From NCBI GenBank assembly GCA_963788245.1, contig CAWBGF010000001.1:184470-248469 (forward strand): a stretch of 64,000 bases of DNA, read 5' to 3'. The translations under genes were made by a program, and so were the position numbers. The stretch comes from Terriglobia bacterium (GTDB lineage: Bacteria; Acidobacteriota; Terriglobia; Bryobacterales; Bryobacteraceae). Each line of letters starts with the position of its first letter. The stretch's first letter is position 1. Positions 10,062 through 19,623 of the stretch are shown here, one piece after another. The notes beneath the pieces were generated by a model that did not search any database, was not told the DNA's origin, and worked only from the letters and a program-made list of their open reading frames with translations.

Positions 10062-10116
10062 CGAGCAGACGCTGGGTAGTGGGTCATCAGTTTAATCAAA
10101 AGCGGTCCCTCCCACC

Positions 10117-10222
10117 CGTCATCCCGAGCGAAGCGAGGGGATCTCCTTTTCGTTGGGTTGGATCAGTTTGAAAAATTGACAACTGCCGAAAAGCAGATCC
10201 CCTCGCTTCGCTCGGGATGACG
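10117..10222. repeat. large hairpin: perfect 28-bp arms CGTCATCCCGAGCGAAGCGAGGGGATCT and its reverse complement, 50-bp loop
   Basis: Arms at 10117-10144 and 10195-10222; the stem extends by 7 more bp after one mismatch. Confidence 0.9.
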
Positions 10223-10304
10223 CCGGTGTAGGGGATCGACTCGGCTAAACTAACCGACTGCGCAGGGCGCCGACGAGGGCGTCCGCCCCACCGCGACCAA
10301 TGGT

Positions 10305-12993
10305 CTACTTTCCGGGCACGCGGCGCCGCAGCTCGTCGAAGAAGTTCAGCAGGAAGACGACGTGGTTTTGGGACTCTTGCGACTCCTTGGCCTCGGTGGC
10401 GGGCATCAGCGCCACCATGCGCTTGCTGTCGGGCGCGAGATCCACGTTCTTAATGGTGCCGGCGTTGCCCCCGATCGGCTTCACGGACCACAGCCGCGGT
10501 TTGCCGGCCACGAAGGAATCGCCCTTCACCGTATACGCTGCCGCCATGATGTGGTGATCCAGAGACTCGAAAAACAGATCGCTCCGCGACCACATCGGGT
10601 ATTCGCCGCCGCTATTCGAAATCTGCCACTTGCCGCCCTTGTCCGGGCCGCCTTTGTCCGAAAACGCCCGCACATAAATCTGGAGCCTTCCCGATTCGTT
10701 GGACGAATATGCCATCCACCGTCCGTCAGGAGAGAGAGCCGGGTCTGTCTCGAGGGCCGGCGTTTGCAGAAACACCTCCGGCTTTCCAGCGCGCAGCCCC
10801 GCGCCGTCGCTCTCGATCGGCACGGTCCACAAATCGGTTGAGGTTTTCGAATCCTGCTCGAAGAACGCCATCCGCTTTCCGTCCGCCGTGAAGGACCACG
10901 GAGCCTGGCGGTTTTTGCTCTGGGTTAATGGCTGCGCCTTGCCGGCTCCGTCGGAACGGGTCACGGACATGCCTGCTCCTGTCGACCAGAACACGATGTG
11001 GCGTCCGTCCGGGGTCCATACGGGAACCGTGGCCTTTCCGTCGAAGGTCAGGCGAGTCATGGTGTCGCGCTGCCAGTCATAGATCCAGATGTCGGTGCTC
11101 GATCCGTCGGTCACCTCCAGGGCCAGTCGCTGGCCATCCGGCGACAGGCTGGGCCGCCCGTAGAGGCCCGGTTTCGCGAGCAGCGGCTGCGTCTTCCCAT
11201 CGCCCGCGAGCCACGCCACCGTGAGTAATCCTGCGCCCCCGCCGCCTTTTCGGTACACCAGAGTGCCGTGCCCGGAGGGCGCCGGGGAGACGGTAAGTTC
11301 AGCGCGGCCAAAGACCGGGTTGAATGCGACGTCATCCAGGATGGGCAAGGCCGTCCCGTGCGCTTCCAACTTCGCTAGATCGAAGGGGACCGCGAACAGG
11401 GTTGCCTTGTTGAGATAGACCATGTAGCCGGTCCCATTCGACGTGGCCAGATACCGGGGGGATGTGCCTCGGGACACCACCTTGCGATGACGATCCGCAA
11501 GCGTCAGTACCTCAATGCTGGCCGCATCGGGATGCTGCACCGATTGAGCCGAAAACAGGACCGCTTTGCCTCCTGGCAGCACCTGCGGGGAATTAAGGGA
11601 GTCTTCTCCGTTGGCCAGTGCGGCGACTGTCTCCGGCGGGCCTCCGCCGTCGCGAATCCGAACCAGGCCTTTCCTCCGGACGCTCATGAAGATGTCACCG
11701 TCCTCACCCCAACTCACACCGGCGCCGCCGAATTCACCCAGCGGGACCACGGCGCCGCCTTCCACCGAGATTTTGTTCAGCTTTCCCGTGCTTTGGAATC
11801 CGATCCACTGCCCGTCCGGCGAGAAGAACGGTATGGATGCCCCCTGCGTCCCCGGCAGTTCGGCGGCTTTGGGTTGATCCAGGCGGCGGGAGAACAGCTT
11901 CGCAGGATTGCCGGATCGGTATACCAGCCGCGCCCCATCGGGGGAGATGGCGGCGCTGCTCCCTCCCGGGGTGGGGGCGCCCAACGCAACATCCGCGCCC
12001 AGATCGACGTCGAGGCGGACCAGCGGGCGGTCGACGGGCTGGGTCGCTCGCCACAGCGCCCACAGGGCGACGCCGAGCGCTGCGAGAAGCACCGCAGCCG
12101 CAATCCATGCCAGCTTCGCGTGGCGCAGGGCCATGCCCTGCGGAGCAGATTCCACGGGCAGGGCATGGCCCTGCCCCACCTCCAGCAGCAACTCCATGTC
12201 GCCGATGTCGCGCAGCCGCTTCTTGGGATCCTTTTCGAGACACCGCTCCAGCAGCCGGCGCACATTCGCGGGAACGCCGCTCAGGTCCGGCTTTTCCTTG
12301 ACCACCGACGCCAAAACCTCCGTCAGATCCTCACCCTGAAACAGACGCTTGCCGGTGATCATCTCATGGAGCACCACACCGAACGCCCAAATGTCCGCGC
12401 GCTTTGTCGACCACCTTGCCGCGAGCCTGCTCGGGCGACATGTAGGCGGCCGTGCCGAGGATCACTCCGGCTTGGGTCGCGTGCATGGTCAGCGTGGGCG
12501 AGTTGATGGGATTGGACTCACCGGCTGAAGCCGGTGCCACCATCGCTGCCACCAGGGCAAGGCCGAAGTCGAGCACCTTCACGACGCCCTCGTGAGTGAT
12601 CTTGATGTTGGCGGGCTTGAGATCGCGATGGACGATCCCCTTTTCATGCGCGGCTTCGGGAGCGTCGGCGATCTTCCTGGCGATGGCGAGCGCTTCGTCG
12701 AGCGGGATCGCGCCTTCCTTGATGCGGTCCGCCAGCGTCGGGCCTTCGATCAACTCCATCACGAGGTAGTTGGGGCCGACGTCGTGGAGCGTGCAAATAT
12801 TCGGATGATTCAGCGAGGCAATGGACCGCGCCTCACGCTCGAAGCGATCGGTAAATTGCGCGGCGGAGACTTTGATGGCGACGTCGCGGCCGAGGCGAGT
12901 GTCGCGGGCACGGTACACCTCGCCCATGCCGCCCGCGCCAATCGCCGCGAGGATTTCGTAGGGGCCGAGCTTGTCACCGAGAGAGAGAGGCAT
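10305..12993 (-). pseudogene. Ser/Thr protein kinase fused to a TolB-like PD40 beta-propeller; frame broken by one extra base near 12400
   Basis: ORF 12364-12993 carries kinase subdomains I-VIII. ORF 10305-12377 continues with VLHEMITGKRLF.., a TM segment and repeated SPDG PD40 motifs. Removing one g in gacaaaGcgcgcggac restores DKRADIWAFGVVLHEM. Confidence 0.8.
12125..12174. repeat. REPIN-like inverted doublet of family 1 inside the kinase CDS
   Basis: gcagggccatgccctgc (12125-12141), 16-nt spacer, gcagggcatggccctgc (12158-12174); translated as GQGHALPVESAPQGMALR. Confidence 0.85.
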
Positions 12994-13067
12994 GTGCGTG
13001 ATTCAGCTAAGTGTAGCCGATCGGAAAGCACATAGATCCTGCGTGGCGGGGAAAAGCCCCAAGCTGA

Positions 13068-13111
13068 CGCATGGGGCTGGAAGCACTGAATCCCCACCCT
13101 AACGGGTGGGG
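13068..13111. repeat. REP family 3 unit (GCATGGGGCTGGAAG box plus CCCCACCCTAACGGGTGGGG hairpin)
   Basis: Same box and hairpin at 43349-43449; related copies at 29181-29240 and 38975-39043. Confidence 0.8.
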
Positions 13112-13181
13112 TTAGACGGGGCACGGCGCCGTAAGTTACGGCGCATCGGAAAGTGTCACCGGTCGACGAGCTGCAAGGTAA

Positions 13182-14246
13182 CTACTTGGCGTGCAGCGGC
13201 GCGATCGAGATCATCCCCAGACCGGATAGGAACAGCACCATCATCACCACCAGCAGCAACTGCACGCGATGGCTGGCGCCCTTGAATTCGTGCCACACCA
13301 GCAAACCCCACAGGGCGCTGACCATGGTGGCGCCTTGGCCGAGTGCATAGCTCACGGCCGGGCCGACCTGCACTTTCTGGGGAGTGCTGGATGCAATGAA
13401 GTTCGCGAGGCCTCCGGCCATCCATATGACGCCGCCCAGTATCCCCAACACATGCTGGCGGCCCGAGCCTTTTAAATAGTCGGTGGCGCTGAGCGGCTCG
13501 CCATCCACGGGAAAATTCAGGAAGAACGGAATGTAAATCAGCGAGGAGAGGAATACACCCGCGCCGAACAGTACAGCTACGCCGTAGGGCGACACGCCAT
13601 TCTCACCCTCCTTGGCGATTTCAACAATCGGGTAGAACGCGCCCATCAAAATTCCGCTGACGATGCTGAGCGCGATGCCGCGCGCCGCGCCTGGCCCACG
13701 CTTGCGGGCCTTCGTCTTCGTCCGCGGATCGGGCTGGAGGCCCTTCACTGCGGCGGCTTGCTGGGCTTCCAGATAGGTGCCATACGCGAAGGCGTCCACG
13801 ATAATCGCGACCATGACCAGCAGCGCCCCGCCGAACAGCAGGATCGGGTCGCCCTGCGGGTTCAGGACAAAGTTCCATATGACGCCGATGACCAGTGCGA
13901 GTCCGATCGCAATCGGAAACGCAACCGCGAGCCCCGACACGGCGATGGCGGCGACCAGCAGCATGTTCGCCAGATTAAAAACGACACCCGCGCCGACGGC
14001 ATATGCCATCTGATGGTTGGAGGCGATCAACAGGTTATCGCTAAACGTGAGCTCCTTGGGAAGCCACGACCCGAAAGTGAGGGCGGCGATCCCGGCGCAA
14101 AGCAGCACGCCTAGCGAATAATCGTAATAAAACAGCTCGAATCGCCATTTGCCCGCGAGCTTTTGCGTGTTCGCCCAGGATCCCCAGCAAATCATCGACA
14201 CGATGGAAAGCAACAGGGCGGCCAGGTACGTGGTCGGGAGGATCAT
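13182..14246 (-). CDS. DMT-superfamily membrane transporter (GRP sugar porter / ureide permease-like)
   Basis: 354 aa, about 10 predicted TM segments with a charged central loop; the C-terminal block resembles ureide permease/GRP family members. Confidence 0.6.
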   Translation of the reverse strand: MILPTTYLAALLLSIVSMICWGSWANTQKLAGKWRFELFYYDYSLGVLLCAGIAALTFGSWLPKELTFSDNLLIASNHQMAYAVGAGVVFNLANMLLVAAIAVSGLAVAFPIAIGLALVIGVIWNFVLNPQGDPILLFGGALLVMVAIIVDAFAYGTYLEAQQAAAVKGLQPDPRTKTKARKRGPGAARGIALSIVSGILMGAFYPIVEIAKEGENGVSPYGVAVLFGAGVFLSSLIYIPFFLNFPVDGEPLSATDYLKGSGRQHVLGILGGVIWMAGGLANFIASSTPQKVQVGPAVSYALGQGATMVSALWGLLVWHEFKGASHRVQLLLVVMMVLFLSGLGMISIAPLHAK

Positions 14247-14353
14247 AACTATGTCCAGGCTACGGAGATCGTACTAAAGTTTCTTGTACTTACGTCCGAA
14301 GTTAAAGAATAGATAATACTACACCATTTCCGGACAATCTGGTTCCGGAAGGC

Positions 14354-15532
14354 GTGGTTTTGGCAATCTGGTCCGGGATGATCTTGAAGTTGTGGAAGAC
14401 CTGGGAAGGGGAAACGGTGAGGAAGTTCTGGTGCGCGTCGGTGGTAATGCTCACAGCCGGATTGATGGCGGCGCAGCGGGCCAAGCCCGTGTTCGATCCG
14501 GAAACCAAAGACGGTCTTCTGATTCAGCACATACAGCAGGAAAGCGATCCTCAAGAAAAGCTGCGCTATCTGGAGCAGTTCGTGGTGCAGTATCCCTCGC
14601 ATCCGGCGGCGGCGTGGGTATACGATCAGCTTCAGCCGATCTATTTTTCGCAAAAAGCATGGGACCTGGCGATGCACATCGGAACGCTGCGCCTGGGGAT
14701 CGAACCGGATAATCTGGAAGCCGCGAAAATCGCGTTGCGCGCGGCCGAAGCCAAGCGCGACCCGGAGCAAACGGCGATGTGGGCGGGGCGGGCGTGGCAC
14801 GTCGCCGCCGCGATCGCAGCCAAGGGCGGACCCGCGGCAGCCGATGCGCGCGCGACCCAGAATTATGCCGAGTTCTGCCTCTTTTCGGCGGAGCAAAAAA
14901 CCACCGACTTGCACGCCCGTCTGGATCTGCTTCAGGCTCTCGAGCAGGGCATGCCGTCGAATCAATACTCGCAGAAACTGGAGGCGGAATATTTCGGGAT
15001 TTATCGTCAAATCGGCCCGGAAGAAAAAGCCGTGGAGATGGCGGAGAAGATTCTGCACTCGGACGCCGACAATCTGGACGCGATCATGTTTCTGGCCGAG
15101 GTCCACTTTCGTAAAGACGGCCAGCACGACCGCGAAAAGGTGATCAGCCTGACGGCCAAGGCGGTCGAGGTGCTGGAAAAGAAGCCTCGCCCGGAGTCGG
15201 AGAGCGAAGCCGATTGGGAGAAGAAGAAGCCGCAAATGCTGGGAACGGCGTATTACATGGGAGGAGTTTCCAGCAGCTTTCTGAATAGTTATTCCAAGGC
15301 GGACGTGTGGCTTCGGGCGGCGCTCCAATACCTTAAGGATCCAGGGATGGAGGCCGCCGCGTTGTATCACCTGGGCATGGCAAATTACCGGCTGGCGGAT
15401 AAGGGGGGCGGTCCGATGCGTTCGATGGACGCTCTGAAGTTCATGCGGCGGTGTGCTCTGATCCGCAGCCCTTTCCAGGATCTGGCGGTCAAGAACATCG
15501 AGACGATTAAGACCGAGTTCAATCTGAAGTAA
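14354..15532 (+). CDS. hypothetical secreted helical-repeat (TPR-like) protein; start possibly GTG near 14417
   Basis: 392-aa ORF with normal coding-type composition and a signal-like VVMLTAGLMAAQ segment. Confidence 0.55.
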   Translation: MVLAIWSGMILKLWKTWEGETVRKFWCASVVMLTAGLMAAQRAKPVFDPETKDGLLIQHIQQESDPQEKLRYLEQFVVQYPSHPAAAWVYDQLQPIYFSQKAWDLAMHIGTLRLGIEPDNLEAAKIALRAAEAKRDPEQTAMWAGRAWHVAAAIAAKGGPAAADARATQNYAEFCLFSAEQKTTDLHARLDLLQALEQGMPSNQYSQKLEAEYFGIYRQIGPEEKAVEMAEKILHSDADNLDAIMFLAEVHFRKDGQHDREKVISLTAKAVEVLEKKPRPESESEADWEKKKPQMLGTAYYMGGVSSSFLNSYSKADVWLRAALQYLKDPGMEAAALYHLGMANYRLADKGGGPMRSMDALKFMRRCALIRSPFQDLAVKNIETIKTEFNLK

Positions 15533-15540
15533 AGCTTGCG

Positions 15541-15655
15541 ATGTGGGGCGGGTCCCCTGACCCGCGCGCGACCCCCTGGTCGCGCTATAAGACCGGCCAG
15601 GGGGCCGGTCCGCGGACGAGGGCACGGATACGTGCGTTCCGCGTCCGCCCCACAT
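15541..15655. repeat. composite structured element: outer stem ATGTGGGGCGG/CCGCCCCACAT enclosing four hairpins
   Basis: Inner hairpins gcgggtc..gacccgc, gcgcgacc..ggtcgcgc, gaccggcc..ggccggtc, gcgga..tccgc; same architecture as 5433-5539. Confidence 0.75.
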
Positions 15656-15681
15656 TGGTTCACAAAAACCGTGAAACTGGT

Positions 15682-16185
15682 CTAGTGGCCATTGCCGCTG
15701 GGCTCCGCTTCGGCCTTGAGCGGAAAATGCGCGCCTTCCGGAATCGGCACCAGCATCTGCTCTTTGCGATAGATCAGCGTGGAGGTGTTGTAGCTGGCGA
15801 TCTCGAATCCGTGGCCGTGGGTGATGGCGTCGGTGGGACAGGCCTCGACGCAATACCCGCAGAAGATGCAGCGATTGTAGTCGATGTTGTAGACCTTGGC
15901 GTAACGCTCGCCGCCGCTGATGCGCAACTCGTCCGTGTTTTCGGCGGCTTCGATGTAGATGCACTGGGCCGGGCACGCGGCCGCGCACAGAAAGCAGGCG
16001 ACGCACTTTTCGAGGCCGTTTTCGTCCCGCTGAAGCTCGTGCACGCCGCGAAAGCGTTCCTGAAGCTCGGCCGGCGCTTCGGGATAGTTCTCGGTGATGG
16101 TCGGATTGAGCATCTCCTTGAAAGTGATGCCCATGCCTTTTGCGATCGCCGATGCGCCGCCGAAAATTTCCGAGATGATTGCCAT
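15682..16185 (-). CDS. nuoI: NADH-quinone oxidoreductase subunit I (2x[4Fe-4S])
   Basis: CVACFLCAAACP and CIFCGYCVEACP cluster motifs plus a NuoI-type N-terminus. Confidence 0.85.
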   Translation of the reverse strand: MAIISEIFGGASAIAKGMGITFKEMLNPTITENYPEAPAELQERFRGVHELQRDENGLEKCVACFLCAAACPAQCIYIEAAENTDELRISGGERYAKVYNIDYNRCIFCGYCVEACPTDAITHGHGFEIASYNTSTLIYRKEQMLVPIPEGAHFPLKAEAEPSGNGH

Positions 16186-16278
16186 TTGCTCTTTCAGAGT
16201 AACGCAGCTCCCACTGGAAGCTCAATTCGCAGGCTTCCACATTCGCAGGCTCCCACCGGAAGCCTAATTTTTAGACCC

Positions 16279-16758
16279 TCAACCCGCCTTCCATTCCGGC
16301 ACGTGATCTTCGGCGTGAAACACCGCGACCCCGGCGCGCCGGCCGATGGCTTCCAGGTCGAGCTTCACAAATCCACTGGTGGCGAGCGAGATGGTTCCAT
16401 CCGTCTCCACCAGAAACAGCGAGGGCACGTGCGTGATGCCGAACGCGTTGCTCACCCGGTAACCGTCCTCTTCGCGATCGAGCAGCGTCGGCATCGTCGG
16501 AGAATACGTTTTCAGGAAACGATGCGTTCCGCGCTCGTCGTCCTGCGAGATACCGATCACCTGCAACGATCCCGGGCTCTTCTCCGGCCCGTTCACCATT
16601 CGCTCCAGATATGGCATGGTCAACTGGCACGTCGGACAACTGGTTTTGTAAAGGACGAGCAGAACCGGGCCGCGCTCCAGGATCTCCCCGAGCGTGTGCT
16701 TCTTGCCGGACACATCGGTGAGCGTGAACCCCGGCGCTTTGGCTCCCGCGCTGAGCAC
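16279..16758 (-). CDS. thioredoxin-fold redoxin (AhpC/TSA / TlpA-like); start trimmed to GTG at 16758
   Basis: APGFTLTDVSGKKHTL ... LVLYKTSCPTCQ CxxC motif. Confidence 0.7.
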   Translation of the reverse strand: MLSAGAKAPGFTLTDVSGKKHTLGEILERGPVLLVLYKTSCPTCQLTMPYLERMVNGPEKSPGSLQVIGISQDDERGTHRFLKTYSPTMPTLLDREEDGYRVSNAFGITHVPSLFLVETDGTISLATSGFVKLDLEAIGRRAGVAVFHAEDHVPEWKAG

Positions 16759-16762
16759 GTTT

Positions 16763-17170
16763 TTACTCGTCCTTCTCCTGGTGCTCGCGAACAAAGTCGA
16801 GAATGTCGAAATGTTTGATCTCGCGATCCGGGAAAAAGCTGTTCACGGCGTCTTGTTCATCGGAAAACACTTCGAAGATGGTGTGCAGCTTGGTAAGCAC
16901 CAATAGCTCGATGTTGCGCTTGTTCAGATTCAGAAGCTTCAGCGCGCCGCCGGCTTTCTTGATGGAGGTGAAACAGATTACCAGGCTGCCCAGCCCGGTG
17001 GAATCGATGTAGTCGACAGCGGCGAGGTCGAAAATAATGTTCACCTTGCCGGCGGCCACCAGCTCGGTTACCTTCTCGCGCGGAGCCGACGCCTCGCCCA
17101 CCGTGAGCCGGCCTTTCATGGTCACGATCGTGACGCCTTCGCGTTCCTTGGAAGTGATCTCTAAACTCAT
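16763..17170 (-). CDS. STAS-domain anti-sigma-factor antagonist
   Basis: VTIVTMKGRLTVGE ... DLAAVDYIDSTGLGSLV motif. Confidence 0.85.
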   Translation of the reverse strand: MSLEITSKEREGVTIVTMKGRLTVGEASAPREKVTELVAAGKVNIIFDLAAVDYIDSTGLGSLVICFTSIKKAGGALKLLNLNKRNIELLVLTKLHTIFEVFSDEQDAVNSFFPDREIKHFDILDFVREHQEKDE

Positions 17171-17215
17171 ACGTGTGTATCCACTATAAATGATCGGGCG
17201 GTCACTATAAATGCT

Positions 17216-18715
17216 CTAGCTGGCCGCTGACATTTCGCTGGGACTCGGTTCGAGTGTGGTCTCGGCGAGAGGAAGCAGCACAGCGAAGCGGCTGCCGGCG
17301 CCCTCCTCACTGGTCACGTCGATTTTTCCGCCATGCACGTCGACGATCCAGGCGACGAAGCTCAGTCCCAGGCCCAATCCCTGGACCATGTCCGTCTGCG
17401 CGTTGCGCACGCGATAGAAGCGGTCGAAGATGTGCGGCAGATTCTTCGCGGCAATGCCGACGCCGGAATCCTCCACCGTGAGAAGCGCCCATCCGGGCGT
17501 CTCCGCAAGCCGCGCGCTTACTTTCACCGTCCCACCCGCGGGCGTGTACTTTACGGCGTTCGATAACAGATTCGAGAGCAGCCTTTCGATTTGGGTGTGA
17601 TCGCCCGAGACGATGGCCCCGGGTTCCAGATCCGCCGACAGTCTAACGCTCTTTCCTTCGGCGGGAATCTGGAATTGATCCACCACGTCGGCCGCAAGGT
17701 CCGCCAGGTCCAGGGGAGCTTTTTGCAACACCACTTGTCCGGATTCGGCTTGCGAAAGCAGCAGCAGCGTGCGCACAATGCTGGACAGTTTCTCGACGTC
17801 TTCGAGCGCGTTGATGATCGCTTCGCGATACTGCTCCGGAGTTTCAGCCGTGAATACGGCGACTTCAAGCTGGCCGCGGACAGCGGTGAGCGGCGTTCGC
17901 AGTTCATGCGAAACATCGGTCGAGAAGCGGCGGATCTGCTCGAAGGATTGTTGCAGCCGGACCGTCATTCGATTGAAGCTGTCCACCAGATGATCCAGCT
18001 CATCTCCCGCGCCTCGGCGTGGAATCTGGAGCGACAGATTCGACCCGGTGATGTTCTGCGCGGCTTGCGCCACCAGGTTGACCGGACGGATCGCCCGGCC
18101 CGCGATCAGCCATCCGAAGACGGTGCAGATGGCGATCATTCCGGGAAGGGCAAGAAAGTAATACCGGGTAAACCGGTGGACCTGGCTCCGAGCATCGCCC
18201 AGGGACCGGCCGATGGCAAGAAAATAGGGGCGTTTGTTCTCGCCGGGAAGAACGCCCGCTTCGATCAGGTAGGGCACGCCGTCGCTATCGGAGCGTTCGC
18301 GGACATCGGGCTTGGAGAGAGCCAGAATGCGGCGGATTTCCGCCGGCGAGTCGGGGCCGATAGAGCTATAAATGTCGGATTCGCCCAGTGTGTTTCCATC
18401 ACTGTCGGCGATCAGGTAAACGTGCTTCAGGCGGGCCTCCACCAGCTCGCGTTCTGGATCGTCCTCCACCGGATCCCACACCGGCTCGAATTTCTGGATC
18501 TTGACGTAGCCTGTCGCCGCGCCCCAGGCTTCGTCGAGAGCGGCGCGCACGTCGCCTTCAAGCTGCAATTCCAGGGTCTTGCGAAACGCCAGCCCGATGA
18601 ACACCAGCAGCACCGTGAAAAACAGGACGTAGCTCAAGGTCAGGCGGAAACGCAGCCCGCGTGCGATATTCAAGTGCGAGCGCGCGCGGGCTAGAAATCG
18701 CCTGTATCGCCGCAT
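17216..18715 (-). CDS. sensor histidine kinase (HAMP-HisKA-HATPase_c); start at internal Met21 of the ORF
   Basis: H-box FSTDVSHELRTPLT, N box LLSNAVKYTP, G boxes DSGVGI and GLGLGLSF. Confidence 0.85.
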   Translation of the reverse strand: MRRYRRFLARARSHLNIARGLRFRLTLSYVLFFTVLLVFIGLAFRKTLELQLEGDVRAALDEAWGAATGYVKIQKFEPVWDPVEDDPERELVEARLKHVYLIADSDGNTLGESDIYSSIGPDSPAEIRRILALSKPDVRERSDSDGVPYLIEAGVLPGENKRPYFLAIGRSLGDARSQVHRFTRYYFLALPGMIAICTVFGWLIAGRAIRPVNLVAQAAQNITGSNLSLQIPRRGAGDELDHLVDSFNRMTVRLQQSFEQIRRFSTDVSHELRTPLTAVRGQLEVAVFTAETPEQYREAIINALEDVEKLSSIVRTLLLLSQAESGQVVLQKAPLDLADLAADVVDQFQIPAEGKSVRLSADLEPGAIVSGDHTQIERLLSNLLSNAVKYTPAGGTVKVSARLAETPGWALLTVEDSGVGIAAKNLPHIFDRFYRVRNAQTDMVQGLGLGLSFVAWIVDVHGGKIDVTSEEGAGSRFAVLLPLAETTLEPSPSEMSAAS

Positions 18716-18722
18716 GGCAGCC

Positions 18723-19412
18723 TCAGCTGGTTTTCTCCGCCTTATCCGGCATGTCCAGCATGTAGCCGATGCCACGCACGGTCTGGATCATTTTGAGGGG
18801 CCATTTGTCGTCGATTTTCGAACGCAGGTGGCGGATGTAGACGTCGACGATATTGGTGAGTCCGTCGTAATCCATGTCCCAGACATGCTCGACAATCATG
18901 GTGCGGCTGAGCGGACGGCCGCGATTGCGCATCAGATATTCGAGGATGCTGAATTCCTTGGGCGCAAGCTCCACATTTTCGCCGGAGCGTATGACCTTGC
19001 GGCGGATGCAATCCAAGGTAAGATCGCCGACTTGTAATCGCTCCGGCGTCGGTTGCCCCCGGCGCAACAGCACGCGCACACGCGCCAGCAGCTCGACGAA
19101 GGCGAACGGCTTGACCAGATAATCGTCGGCGCCGCCTTCGAGACCTTTCACGCGATCGTCCACCTGATCTCGCGCGCTCAAGATCAGCACTGGCGGACTG
19201 GTCTTTCGATTGCGGACTTTCTGCAATACGCTGAGGCCGTCCATGTCTGGCAAGCCGAGGTCGAGGACCACCAGATCGTACTCGGTCGCATGGACCATGT
19301 CGATGGCGCGCGCGCCTTCACCGGCAAGGTCGACCGCGTAGCCGGCGCTTTCAAGGCCTCGCGACAAAAAGTCGGCAATCCGTTTTTCGTCTTCGACGAC
19401 GAGGATGCGCAT
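18723..19412 (-). CDS. OmpR-family response regulator; start trimmed to MRILVVEDE
   Basis: Receiver domain (DLVVLDLGLPDMDG) plus winged-helix output (IQTVRGIGYML). Confidence 0.9.
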   Translation of the reverse strand: MRILVVEDEKRIADFLSRGLESAGYAVDLAGEGARAIDMVHATEYDLVVLDLGLPDMDGLSVLQKVRNRKTSPPVLILSARDQVDDRVKGLEGGADDYLVKPFAFVELLARVRVLLRRGQPTPERLQVGDLTLDCIRRKVIRSGENVELAPKEFSILEYLMRNRGRPLSRTMIVEHVWDMDYDGLTNIVDVYIRHLRSKIDDKWPLKMIQTVRGIGYMLDMPDKAEKTS

Positions 19413-19571
19413 ATGTTTCGAGTTTACGTTACTTGACGGCTTAGACGCTGTTGGGAGTGCGGTTGTGCGATTAAAGTGCCTTAACGCTGCAGCATGTTGT
19501 TCGCGTGCTATTTGTGGGGCAGCTTGGAAAGTTGCGCGACGGTTGTCAACCGGCGCATTCCTTCTGGGACG

Positions 19572-19597
19572 CGAAAAGGGCCGGTTGCCAACCGGCC
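19572..19597 (-). terminator. candidate intrinsic terminator after the DnaC-like gene
   Basis: On the minus strand: ggccggtt-ggc-aaccggcc hairpin followed by CTTTTCG. Confidence 0.45.
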
Positions 19598-19623
19598 GCA
19601 GGATGCCATCCTGCCCCACTACA

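Noticed and set aside
11487-12506. 339-aa plus-strand ORF and several 140-170-aa ORFs within 11.5-12.5 kb
   Set aside because: They are antisense or out of frame to the kinase-TolB gene and have Arg/Pro/Gly-rich shadow composition.
14249-16240. 663-aa ORF on the minus strand, the longest unexplained ORF in the track
   Set aside because: It runs antisense to the TPR-like gene and out of frame through nuoI. The product is extremely Arg/His/Pro-rich with no motifs, as is typical of shadow ORFs in high-GC DNA.
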